Part shown: positions 16,530 through 24,810 of the stretch, one piece after another | Numbering within the stretch: the stretch's first letter is position 1 | Layout of the letters: each line of letters starts with the position of its first letter | Source of the DNA: a virus | Taxonomy: Duplodnaviria > Caudoviricetes | DNA: 26,025 nt | IMG/VR virus record: IMGVR_UViG_3300017914_001634 | Span: 1-26,025 of that record | Strand: one strand, 5' to 3' | Program-made: the position numbers and the translations under genes | Notes under the pieces: generated by a model | What the model was told of the DNA's origin: nothing | The model's database searches: none | What the model saw: the letters and a program-made list of their open reading frames with translations, nothing else

Positions 16530-17305
16530 TGAAAAAACTAATATATCAGGTTTATGTTGGTAAGAGATCCAAACTATATGATGCCTGTACTAAAACTGTG
16601 AAGGATTATGCCGACCGTATTGGTGCCGATTACGTTGTGCAACGGACACCAAAATTACGGATTAAACCTGATATATTTACTACTAATCGTAGTAAGGAAT
16701 CCTACGAGAAACACGGAGGGTTCCTACCTATTTACGAGAAGGAGAATGCATTTGATTACTTTGACGACTACGATCAAATTGCTATTATTGACTCTGACAT
16801 TTATATTAGGGACACTGCTCCTGACATATTCGCCGATCTTGAACCAGAGTATGACTTCGGTGGTGTGGTAGAATCCTCAATGCCTATTGAACCATGGTAT
16901 GTTCAAAAAATTGCAAATTATTCCAGAATGCAATATGGTTCATTAAAAATGGATTGGACCTATAATGATAGGACTGGATTTCCATTTATGAACATGGGTT
17001 TGATGGTAATGAATAAATCATTTCAAAAATATCTAAATGGCCAAACAGCAAAAGAGTTTTTGGAAAGACAAGAGTTTAAAATGTTTGTTGATGGTATGGG
17101 TCCATGGAAATGGTCCACGGATCAAACATTATTAAATTATTGGATTCGCAAGGAGGGGATGAAAATTAAGGAAATGGATTGGCGATGGAATGGATTGTTT
17201 ACTGCTGTAAATAAAATTCCTGAATGTCATTTCGTGCATTTTTTCCTTAAGGATAAACTACCCAACCGTGGTGAAAATGTAGAAGAGTTATTGAGTCAAA
17301 TATGA
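16529..17305 (+). CDS. GT-A fold glycosyltransferase (GT8/GT34-like)
   Basis: IIDSD DxD motif, NMGLMV, DQTLLN and WN.L...HFVHF; ATG 16529 by TAATG overlap. Confidence 0.75.
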   Translation: MKKLIYQVYVGKRSKLYDACTKTVKDYADRIGADYVVQRTPKLRIKPDIFTTNRSKESYEKHGGFLPIYEKENAFDYFDDYDQIAIIDSDIYIRDTAPDIFADLEPEYDFGGVVESSMPIEPWYVQKIANYSRMQYGSLKMDWTYNDRTGFPFMNMGLMVMNKSFQKYLNGQTAKEFLERQEFKMFVDGMGPWKWSTDQTLLNYWIRKEGMKIKEMDWRWNGLFTAVNKIPECHFVHFFLKDKLPNRGENVEELLSQI

Positions 17306-18102
17306 AAGCAGTAATTTACCAGTTCTGGGAGGGTAACCTTACCAGTGGCAATAAAGCCGGTGTTGAGCTAATGAAGGAATATGCTGATCGCATTGGTGTT
17401 GAACACAGGTTTGAATTAAACCCAGGATGGCCAAGATCAGCACCCTTTCCTCGACAGGGTCTGGGTAGATACAATCCGCATTATGGTGCGTTTAAACCAA
17501 TTTATGATCCAGAGTATGATGATTACGATTATATCCTATTCTGTGATACTGATGTTGTTCCTAGAAATACATCCGAAAACATTTTTAGTGAAATGAAACC
17601 AGGTATTGAAATTGGTATCTGTGAAGAGCATATGCAACCAGAACTAAGATCCAAATTTAGTTTTGGTGGTATCAGTGAACAAAATGACCTACGATGGCAT
17701 AATGTGATTGAGGATAATTATGGTAACATAATGCCAAAAAACCATAAAGGACAACATAGGGTTTTTAATTCTGGTTGTGTTGTATATAGTAAGGCAGGTC
17801 GTAAAAGAGCCCAAGAAGTCTTTGTTGATTTTCGGCACTATATAAATCTAATGAACAAAACAGGAATGCCGTCATTTTATCAAGGCGACCAAAATTATCT
17901 AAATGCCATGCTCCCACAATTTGAATGGGACATTATGGATTATAAATGGAATAGTCAAATATTCTTTAAACCAGGCACATCTGGTGACAATCGACCAATT
18001 GCAGATTATACCGAAGGAAGGGCCAACTTTGTCCATATCCAATTGCGTGGTGCAGATAATTATGATATGAAAAGGGTAAAGGAAGTAATTAAATATGATT
18101 AA
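17302..18102 (+). CDS. GT-A fold glycosyltransferase (paralog of previous)
   Basis: FCDTD, FNSGCVV, DQNYLN and WN...FVH; shares YADRIG with the previous gene. Confidence 0.75.
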   Translation: MKAVIYQFWEGNLTSGNKAGVELMKEYADRIGVEHRFELNPGWPRSAPFPRQGLGRYNPHYGAFKPIYDPEYDDYDYILFCDTDVVPRNTSENIFSEMKPGIEIGICEEHMQPELRSKFSFGGISEQNDLRWHNVIEDNYGNIMPKNHKGQHRVFNSGCVVYSKAGRKRAQEVFVDFRHYINLMNKTGMPSFYQGDQNYLNAMLPQFEWDIMDYKWNSQIFFKPGTSGDNRPIADYTEGRANFVHIQLRGADNYDMKRVKEVIKYD

Positions 18103-18664
18103 TGTTGATTTAAAACATGTTAAAACTCTTGAAGAGTTCTATAAAGATATTAGAGCAGGTCAAGAGGAAGCACATGGACATGATTATTGTGAGCAGCATG
18201 ATGCAATTCAGAAATATGCTCCAGAATGTAAAACATATGCAGAATTGGGTACACACCAAGGTGGTACTCTAGCCAATGCCCTCCTTGCTGGTTTTAAATA
18301 TGTTGAGGGTGTTGACATTGATATGCATCGGTATGAAAAATTCCTAAAGCCTATTGCAGAACAATATGCCAAGGATAATAAAATTGTTTTAAAAATGAAA
18401 GAGGTAAGTTCAATCACTTTGGATTCAATCGGTCCATCTGTTGATATGCTATTGATTGATTCCTATCATCGTGCCTATCATATGAAACAGGAATTGGCAA
18501 TTCATGGTAAACGTGCCAAGAAATATATTGTGGCACATGATACATGGTCAGTGTCTGAACTACACACATGCCTTGAAGAATGGTGTTTTGAAAATCCAGG
18601 TTGGAAAGTTCTTGAACGTGGCACTACCAATGTTGGATACACAGTACTGAAAAAAGATGACTAA
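18095..18664 (+). CDS. Class I SAM-dependent methyltransferase (Methyltransf_24-like)
   Basis: ELGTHQGG motif I, GVDID, LLIDSYH and IVAHD. Confidence 0.75.
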   Translation: MINVDLKHVKTLEEFYKDIRAGQEEAHGHDYCEQHDAIQKYAPECKTYAELGTHQGGTLANALLAGFKYVEGVDIDMHRYEKFLKPIAEQYAKDNKIVLKMKEVSSITLDSIGPSVDMLLIDSYHRAYHMKQELAIHGKRAKKYIVAHDTWSVSELHTCLEEWCFENPGWKVLERGTTNVGYTVLKKDD

Positions 18665-19337
18665 TATTATATTACAACACTTTGATGGTGAATTAAGAGA
18701 ACTTGATAAATTATCAATGGAAAATATCCAGCAGTATGCCGAAATGGTTGGTGCTGAATATAGATTAATTACTGGTCGCCCATTTAACCGTCGTCTGACA
18801 TCACCGTGTCAGAAGGTCCATATGATTGATTCTGAGTTTGATGAATATGACCAGGTCCTTATGTTGGATATTGATATGTTTGCCCCAAAGGGTATGACAG
18901 AAAATGTCTTTGAGCTTGAGGGTGTGGGTCTTTATGCCGATACTCAGAAAATGTTACATCGTAAATTGACCAACCAATATCCTATGATTTCAAGTATGAA
19001 TGCTCCATACTGGGGTGGTGCCATTTATAAAATGGACCGGGAGATGAGAATTAAACTCAGAGATTCCTGGAAATCTGGTGGTGCAAATAGTTGGACTCAG
19101 AATTATAACCAACCTTACCATTTTGAGGACGAGGGTATTATGCACACCCTTGCTTTTCAGGTTGGTTATAAATTAAATAAAAAATACATTTTAGATCAAA
19201 AATGGTGCCAGTGTAGTTTCCTACCAAATCCAGAGTCTGCAGGGTTTATTCATATTAGAACCAAGGTGAAACCCCAAGGACCAAAAAGAGAAAAAATTCA
19301 AAATTATAATGCCTTGGTAGAACAAGGAATCCTATAA
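18657..19337 (+). CDS. GT-A fold glycosyltransferase-like protein
   Basis: YAEMVGAEY, MLDID DxD motif, DEGIMH and GFIH. Confidence 0.65.
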   Translation: MTNIILQHFDGELRELDKLSMENIQQYAEMVGAEYRLITGRPFNRRLTSPCQKVHMIDSEFDEYDQVLMLDIDMFAPKGMTENVFELEGVGLYADTQKMLHRKLTNQYPMISSMNAPYWGGAIYKMDREMRIKLRDSWKSGGANSWTQNYNQPYHFEDEGIMHTLAFQVGYKLNKKYILDQKWCQCSFLPNPESAGFIHIRTKVKPQGPKREKIQNYNALVEQGIL

Positions 19338-20035
19338 TGAATACAGTGTACTGGGGTGATGTTCCAAATAATTTTGGCGATGTGTTGACAGGTCCATTAT
19401 TGAAACATTATGGTGTTCCATTTATACACACCAACAATCACGAAATGGGAAACATGTTTGTGATTGGTTCCATTGCCAGATTGGCAAAAAGAGCAACTGT
19501 TCTAGGTTCTGGTATTATTCGTAAAACAGAACAACTTGATCCTAATAATACATATTACTTTGTTCGTGGTCCACTTACTCGTCAAAGAGTTCTAGATTGT
19601 GGTGGTGAGTGTCCTGAAATCTATGGTGATGCTGCACTATTGCTACCTAGATTTTGCCCACCCGTAGAAAAGAAACACAAAATTGGTTTTGTGCCACACT
19701 ATGAAAATCAAGATATTTCTACAATGAATATGGCGCGTACCGAAGGTTGGCACTTTATTGATGTGGTAAATAATAATCCATTGCGTGTGGCAAAAGAGAT
19801 CTCATCTTGTGATAAGATTGTTGCAACAAGTCTGCATGGTATTATTGCTGCACATGCCTATGGCATTCCTGCAAAACATATTACCAAAGGTAAAAAACTA
19901 CACGGCGATGGATCTAAATTTAAGGATTATTATGCCTCGGTCGGATTAGATGATGATGGTGAGTTTAGAGTACCACACATTGATCAAGACAATTTGGACC
20001 TAATTGAAAGCATGATTAAAAGATTGGCACCATGA
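19337..20035 (+). CDS. Polysaccharide pyruvyl transferase family protein
   Basis: NNFGD, GSG, VRGPLT, GDAALL, VPHY and SLHGII.AHAYGIP motifs. Confidence 0.8.
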   Translation: MNTVYWGDVPNNFGDVLTGPLLKHYGVPFIHTNNHEMGNMFVIGSIARLAKRATVLGSGIIRKTEQLDPNNTYYFVRGPLTRQRVLDCGGECPEIYGDAALLLPRFCPPVEKKHKIGFVPHYENQDISTMNMARTEGWHFIDVVNNNPLRVAKEISSCDKIVATSLHGIIAAHAYGIPAKHITKGKKLHGDGSKFKDYYASVGLDDDGEFRVPHIDQDNLDLIESMIKRLAP

Positions 20036-20724
20036 TTCAAGCCTATGTTATTAAAATTCCTGGGAATGAAATAAGTGACAGGGCAACACGTCGCCTTATT
20101 ACCTCATCGCCTAACAATGTATCAATCAAAGAGTTTGATGCAGTAACACCCGAGAATGTAGATAAAACCATGCAACGGCTAAAGGTCAAATGGAATTATC
20201 CATGGCAAGGTGAGGATTGGTGTTTTAAATCAGGCCTAATAAAACGTGCATATCAAACACGTGATCCAAAGGCACGAATGGCCTGTTTTATGTCACACTA
20301 TATCCTATGGCAGAAATGTGCCAAATATGGATCCCCACAAATTATCTTCGAGCACGATTCAATATTCTTTAATGATGATGAATTACCTATTGATCAATTG
20401 GTTAATTCCAAATATGATATTATTGGATTGAATTCACCAATATCTGCAACACGTATGTCTAGGCGTTATGATGAATTGGTTCAGCAATCAAAATCATCGC
20501 TTACTGACGCCCCATATATTGATGAATATAATATCCCACAGGGGATCGCTGGTAATTCAGCATACTTTATTAAACCAGCTGGGGCACAAAAAATGATTGA
20601 TTTGACCAGTGAATATGGTGCATGGCCTAACGATGCACTGATGTGTAAGCAATTGGTAAATAATCTTGGTCAAACAAAAAAATATTATACACACGTTCAG
20701 GGATTGCCGAGTACAACTACATGA
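20032..20724 (+). CDS. Glycosyltransferase family 25-like
   Basis: YVI, FDAV, ACFMSHY.LW, IFEHD and AY.I.P.GA motifs. Confidence 0.8.
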   Translation: MIQAYVIKIPGNEISDRATRRLITSSPNNVSIKEFDAVTPENVDKTMQRLKVKWNYPWQGEDWCFKSGLIKRAYQTRDPKARMACFMSHYILWQKCAKYGSPQIIFEHDSIFFNDDELPIDQLVNSKYDIIGLNSPISATRMSRRYDELVQQSKSSLTDAPYIDEYNIPQGIAGNSAYFIKPAGAQKMIDLTSEYGAWPNDALMCKQLVNNLGQTKKYYTHVQGLPSTTT

Positions 20725-21365
20725 TGATGAAAGCATATTGTATATACGTTAAAGGAAAAGCAGATGATGTTGCAAATAGATGTGTAGCATCTGGTAAAAA
20801 GCATGGAATTGATGTTGAGTTATTTGAAGGGCATACACCCGAGACACTCAACATTGATGATTATTATGCCAAAAACAATTTGCCTATGGAACACTTCTAT
20901 GAAAAGTATTCCAGGATAGATCCTGTCCGATGTGCATTTGCTTCGCACCATACACTGTGGCAAAAATGTGCTGAGGGTGATGAGGCATTTCTAATCCTTG
21001 AACACGATGCAATATTTGTAAAATCATTGCCGAAAACTATTGAAGGCAATATTGTTAACCTGGGTAAACCATCATATGGTAGATATAAAGTTCCAATGCT
21101 AGGGGAAGGTCGTTTGACCTCAAAAGAATATCTACCTGGTGCTCATGCTTATATGGTTACACCATTTGGTGCACAACTATTACTACATAGAGCACAGGTT
21201 GATGCCGGACCAACAGATGTGTTTATCCATAATGAAAGATTTCCGAATACAATTACCGAGGTCTATCCATGGCCGATAGAGTGTGATGATTCGTTCACAA
21301 CGATTCAGGAAATATTTGGTTGTACGGCAAAACATAATTATGGTCTGACATATGAAATACGATAA
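20721..21365 (+). CDS. Glycosyltransferase family 25-like (second copy)
   Basis: CAFASHH.LW, ILEHDA, GAHAYMVTP.GA and PTD motifs. Confidence 0.8.
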   Translation: MMMKAYCIYVKGKADDVANRCVASGKKHGIDVELFEGHTPETLNIDDYYAKNNLPMEHFYEKYSRIDPVRCAFASHHTLWQKCAEGDEAFLILEHDAIFVKSLPKTIEGNIVNLGKPSYGRYKVPMLGEGRLTSKEYLPGAHAYMVTPFGAQLLLHRAQVDAGPTDVFIHNERFPNTITEVYPWPIECDDSFTTIQEIFGCTAKHNYGLTYEIR

Positions 21366-21990
21366 GGCATTTTTAACTGGGGCAGATTCAAACACAGAAT
21401 GGATGCTCCCATGGTTTTTTTCAAATTATAAGAAATATAATGACACCCCATTGGTCTTTGCAGACTTTGGTGTAACCGATATTGATTATGTACGAGAAAA
21501 TGTACATGCAGTAATGAATATGCGGGATATGAAAGAACAAGGTTGGTTTAAGAAACCTCGTGCCATGATGAATTGTCCATCAAAGAAAACAGTTTGGATT
21601 GATACCGACTGTGAGGTACTAGGTGATTTAAGTGATATTTTCACAATGTTACACCCTGGTAAATTAAACATGGTTGAGGATAAACCATGGACCAAGCGCA
21701 TGAAGGAAACCTGGTATAATTCTGGTATTGTAGGTTTTATTGACAAACCACAAATTTTATCTGCATGGGCAAAACAAGTTCATGATAATCCTCAGCGTGG
21801 AGACCAGGAAACACTCCATGCCATGTTAGACCCACTCTCACAACTTACCTATATAAATTCACTACCAAACATTTATAATTGGTTAAGAGTTCAATTAGAA
21901 AATGACAAACAGGATAACCCTGCAAAATTAGTAATGCACTGGACAGGGGCCAAAGGTAAGGAGCGTATTAAGGAGATGATGAGTGCCTAA
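21352..21990 (+). CDS. GT-A fold glycosyltransferase (GT8-like)
   Basis: WF.KP, WIDTD, YNSG, GDQETL and MHWTG motifs. Confidence 0.7.
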   Translation: MKYDKAFLTGADSNTEWMLPWFFSNYKKYNDTPLVFADFGVTDIDYVRENVHAVMNMRDMKEQGWFKKPRAMMNCPSKKTVWIDTDCEVLGDLSDIFTMLHPGKLNMVEDKPWTKRMKETWYNSGIVGFIDKPQILSAWAKQVHDNPQRGDQETLHAMLDPLSQLTYINSLPNIYNWLRVQLENDKQDNPAKLVMHWTGAKGKERIKEMMSA

Positions 21991-22675
21991 GGTTGTTCAC
22001 GTAATCGGTAATGGTGACCAGGCAAGTTTATATGAACGCAAGGAGCGTAAAGGTTTAAAGCTTGCATGTAACCAAACCCCATTTGATATTCCAGACAAAT
22101 GGGCTACCGTGATGGTTGATTTTAAATTTATGAATGCAATGAAGGCTGGAACCGTAAAGGTTGATGGTCAATGGGTGTGTGGATATAGACCACAAAGATG
22201 GTGTGAAAATAATCCAAACCATTATTTAAAATGGGCACCACAAATAAGAGAATTTTATATTGAATTACCTAAGTATGCAATTCCAGGTAATAACAAAGGT
22301 ATGGGTTATACTAATTTTAATTGTGGGCACATGGCAGTCCATTATGCTGCCAATAGACTTAAGGCAGATGTAATCCATATGTATGGATTTGATTCCATTT
22401 TTGATTGGAATCCTAGAAGTTTTTCTGATTTGGTTCTACACTCAGACCGTGGTAATACTAATAATCATAGATTAATTGATAACTGGCGTCCAATTTGGAC
22501 TGGTATCTGGACTGAGTTTAAAAATACAAAATTTATTTTGCATCACACACATGATAAATTCAAAGTCAAACATGGTGATAATGTTGAGGCAAGAGTTTAT
22601 CAGAGTGAAAAGGGTAGCCCTAAAGTCAAATTTGACAAAGAAGGGCTACCAGTCATGAATGTATCTAGTGCCTAG
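21983..22675 (+). CDS. IGNG-motif protein related to sialyltransferase/Maf-like glycosyltransferases
   Basis: GTG start after AGGAG; VHVIGNG, ACN, NCGHMA and IHMYGFD pattern. Confidence 0.55.
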   Translation: MPKVVHVIGNGDQASLYERKERKGLKLACNQTPFDIPDKWATVMVDFKFMNAMKAGTVKVDGQWVCGYRPQRWCENNPNHYLKWAPQIREFYIELPKYAIPGNNKGMGYTNFNCGHMAVHYAANRLKADVIHMYGFDSIFDWNPRSFSDLVLHSDRGNTNNHRLIDNWRPIWTGIWTEFKNTKFILHHTHDKFKVKHGDNVEARVYQSEKGSPKVKFDKEGLPVMNVSSA

Positions 22676-23028
22676 AAATTAAATGAAATTCCTGCGACAA
22701 TGTCACCACGCTGCTCTGCTTCAAGATCATATGAGGTACCAAGTGTGATCTCTGTTGCAGGAGTTACGAAGTGTGATACTTCAAAATCAATTGTTGGCAT
22801 GACATCAAGTGTATCATCAATGACCAATTCATCATCCCATAGTTTTAAGTCGGTTGATGCTGTTAAATCAACATAATTCCAACCATATGTTACTTCAGGT
22901 GTTACAGTGAACTGTGTAACTTCAGTATCAAAATTATGTGTGCCATCCAGCGATCCACCAAATGTAAGACCTTCTGAATATGCTGCAGTGCCCATAAGAA
23001 TTGTGGCAACTGTTAATACGTTTTTCAT
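22672..23028 (-). CDS. Small secreted outer-membrane beta-barrel-like protein
   Basis: Signal peptide, alternating amphipathic beta strands, C-terminal GISFNF (terminal Phe beta-signal); AAGGA RBS; stop overlaps the convergent stop within CTAG. Confidence 0.7.
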   Translation of the reverse strand: MKNVLTVATILMGTAAYSEGLTFGGSLDGTHNFDTEVTQFTVTPEVTYGWNYVDLTASTDLKLWDDELVIDDTLDVMPTIDFEVSHFVTPATEITLGTSYDLEAEQRGDIVAGISFNF

Positions 23029-23051
23029 TTACGCTTCCTTCTGTAAAAAAA

Positions 23052-23059
23052 TACTTATA
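23052..23059 (-). promoter_or_regulatory. Late promoter-like box (TATAAGTA) for the beta-barrel gene
   Basis: One mismatch to TATAAATA, 23 nt upstream of the - strand ATG. Confidence 0.4.
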
Positions 23060-23074
23060 TTAAAAATGGTTTAA

Positions 23075-23123
23075 TGTATCGTATATGATACATAAAGTGT
23101 GTTAGTGTAACATATATGATACA
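23075..23123. promoter_or_regulatory. Pair of 18-bp TGT-N12-ACA palindromic sites
   Basis: TGTATC-GTATAT-GATACA (23075-92) and TGTAAC-ATATAT-GATACA (23106-23), starts 31 nt apart. Confidence 0.6.
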
Positions 23124-23131
23124 AAAAAGTT

Positions 23132-23161
23132 GTTTACATGTAAGCTTAAATTTGATATAAT
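23132..23161 (+). promoter_or_regulatory. Sigma70-type early promoter with extended -10
   Basis: TTTACA (23133-38), 17-nt spacer, TG-A-TATAAT (23156-61). Confidence 0.75.
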
Positions 23162-23185
23162 AGTACCATAAATCAGGAGAGAACC

Positions 23186-23617
23186 ATGTTACATGTATCA
23201 ATTGACGGCGCTGATCAAAGAGAAGCAAACATCTTGTATGATGCCTACTTTTTTGCATTAAAACAATTAATGCCACGTAAACAAAATTTGGATGTTGAAA
23301 GTGGCTGTAATGATATTGAAGGTGATGCAGATGGTTTCCACATGGAGGTAGAAAAGAATGTCCATGAGATTGAAATCCAAAAAGGATTGATCGAGGAAGA
23401 TATGATCACTGCATTATTCCATGAGATGGTTCACGTTCGTCAACACGCACGTGGTTGGTTAAAGGACAAAGGTCCAATTAAAACCTGGATGGGTGAGGAC
23501 TACCTTGCTGCATATTCAACAGTTGATGAATATATGGCATTACCTTGGGAGGCAGAGGCCTACAAATTGCAAGAGGAGTTATATGCAAAATGGAATACTC
23601 GTTCGGACAACCACTGA
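23186..23617 (+). CDS. HEXXH zinc metallopeptidase-like protein
   Basis: ALFHEMVHVRQ and PWEAEAY third-ligand motif; AGGAG RBS. Confidence 0.75.
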   Translation: MLHVSIDGADQREANILYDAYFFALKQLMPRKQNLDVESGCNDIEGDADGFHMEVEKNVHEIEIQKGLIEEDMITALFHEMVHVRQHARGWLKDKGPIKTWMGEDYLAAYSTVDEYMALPWEAEAYKLQEELYAKWNTRSDNH

Positions 23618-23760
23618 CAGAGATAACAACTGTCGAGTTGATGAAAAAACAAATTGCGGAGGATCAACACGAGATTAATACTCTCAGAAAAAGAGTTGTG
23701 GAACTTCGTGAGGAAAATGACAAGCTGAAACGACAATTGCAAATTACAAAGCACGTATAA
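23590..23760 (+). CDS. 56-aa coiled-coil protein
   Basis: ATG 23590 after GAGGAG; heptad pattern. Confidence 0.6.
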   Translation: MEYSFGQPLTEITTVELMKKQIAEDQHEINTLRKRVVELREENDKLKRQLQITKHV

Positions 23761-23763
23761 GAG

Positions 23764-23785
23764 TTTTGTAAAGGTTTTGTTAAGT
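23764..23785 (+). promoter_or_regulatory. Pho-box-like 11-bp direct repeat upstream of pstS
   Basis: TTTTGTAAAGG / TTTTGTTAAGT tandem units with 11-nt period, followed by TTAAATA at 23800-23806. Confidence 0.45.
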
Positions 23786-23856
23786 TGAAAGTTTCCTTGT
23801 TAAATACTATTGGAGGGTCGTGTTGAGTCGATCCTCTATTATTCATAGGAGAAAAA

Positions 23857-24795
23857 ATGAAAAAACTAGTTTTAACTGCGGTCCTAATTGCTATGGCCTC
23901 AACTGCATATGCAAGGGATCAAATCTCTATCGTAGGTTCATCTACGGTATTCCCATTCGCAACAACCGTTGCAGAAAAATTCGGACAATCAACCAAATGG
24001 AAAACACCTGTCATTGAATCAACTGGTTCAGGTGGTGGCATGAAAATGTTTTGTGCTGGTCCTGGTACAAATACACCAGACATTACAAACGCATCAAGAG
24101 CAATCAAACAAGCAGAAAAAGATCTCTGTGCCTCCAATGGTGTAACACCGGTTGAAAGAATGATTGGTTATGATGGAATTACATTTTCTAACTCAAGCAA
24201 AGGTGTTTCATTTGATCTTACCAAAGAAGAAATCTATCTAGCCGTTGCTGCAACTATTCCAGATGGCAATGGTGGATGGAAAGAAAATGATAATACCAAA
24301 TGGTCTGACATTAATTCTAGTCTTCCAGACTATCGTATTGATGTAATGATTCCCCCAACAACTTCTGGTACCCGCGATGCATTCGTTGAGTTAGTAATGC
24401 ATTCCGTGTGTAAGAAGTCCTATGGTATGTCCAAGAAGGAATACAAGGCTAATTGCACAGCCGTTCGAACCGACATTCATGTAGTACAAGTTGGAGAGAA
24501 CGATAACCTCATCATCGAGAAACTTGTAGATGAACCAAGACGTTTCGGCGTATTTGGTTTTTCATTCCTTGATCAGAATTCAGACAAGGTGCAAGGTGCA
24601 AAGGTGGATGGTGTATTGCCAACCTTTGACACAATCGCTGATGGTTCTTATGGAATCTCTCGGCCACTTTTCTATTATCTCAAGAAGGAACACATTGGTG
24701 TAGTACCAGGCATTGAAGAATTTGATGCACTGTTTACAAAAATGCGCCAACCTGATGGAGTATTGGAGGAGCAAGGGTTGATTCCGCTTCAATAG
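23857..24795 (+). CDS. pstS: Phosphate ABC transporter substrate-binding protein PstS (copy 1)
   Basis: Signal peptide; ARDQI.IVGSSTVFPF, STGSGGG, NASR, GYDG, PPTTSGTRDAF and Y.ISRPLF.Y motifs. Confidence 0.92.
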   Translation: MKKLVLTAVLIAMASTAYARDQISIVGSSTVFPFATTVAEKFGQSTKWKTPVIESTGSGGGMKMFCAGPGTNTPDITNASRAIKQAEKDLCASNGVTPVERMIGYDGITFSNSSKGVSFDLTKEEIYLAVAATIPDGNGGWKENDNTKWSDINSSLPDYRIDVMIPPTTSGTRDAFVELVMHSVCKKSYGMSKKEYKANCTAVRTDIHVVQVGENDNLIIEKLVDEPRRFGVFGFSFLDQNSDKVQGAKVDGVLPTFDTIADGSYGISRPLFYYLKKEHIGVVPGIEEFDALFTKMRQPDGVLEEQGLIPLQ

Positions 24796-24810
24796 TAAAA
24801 GGGAATCAAA

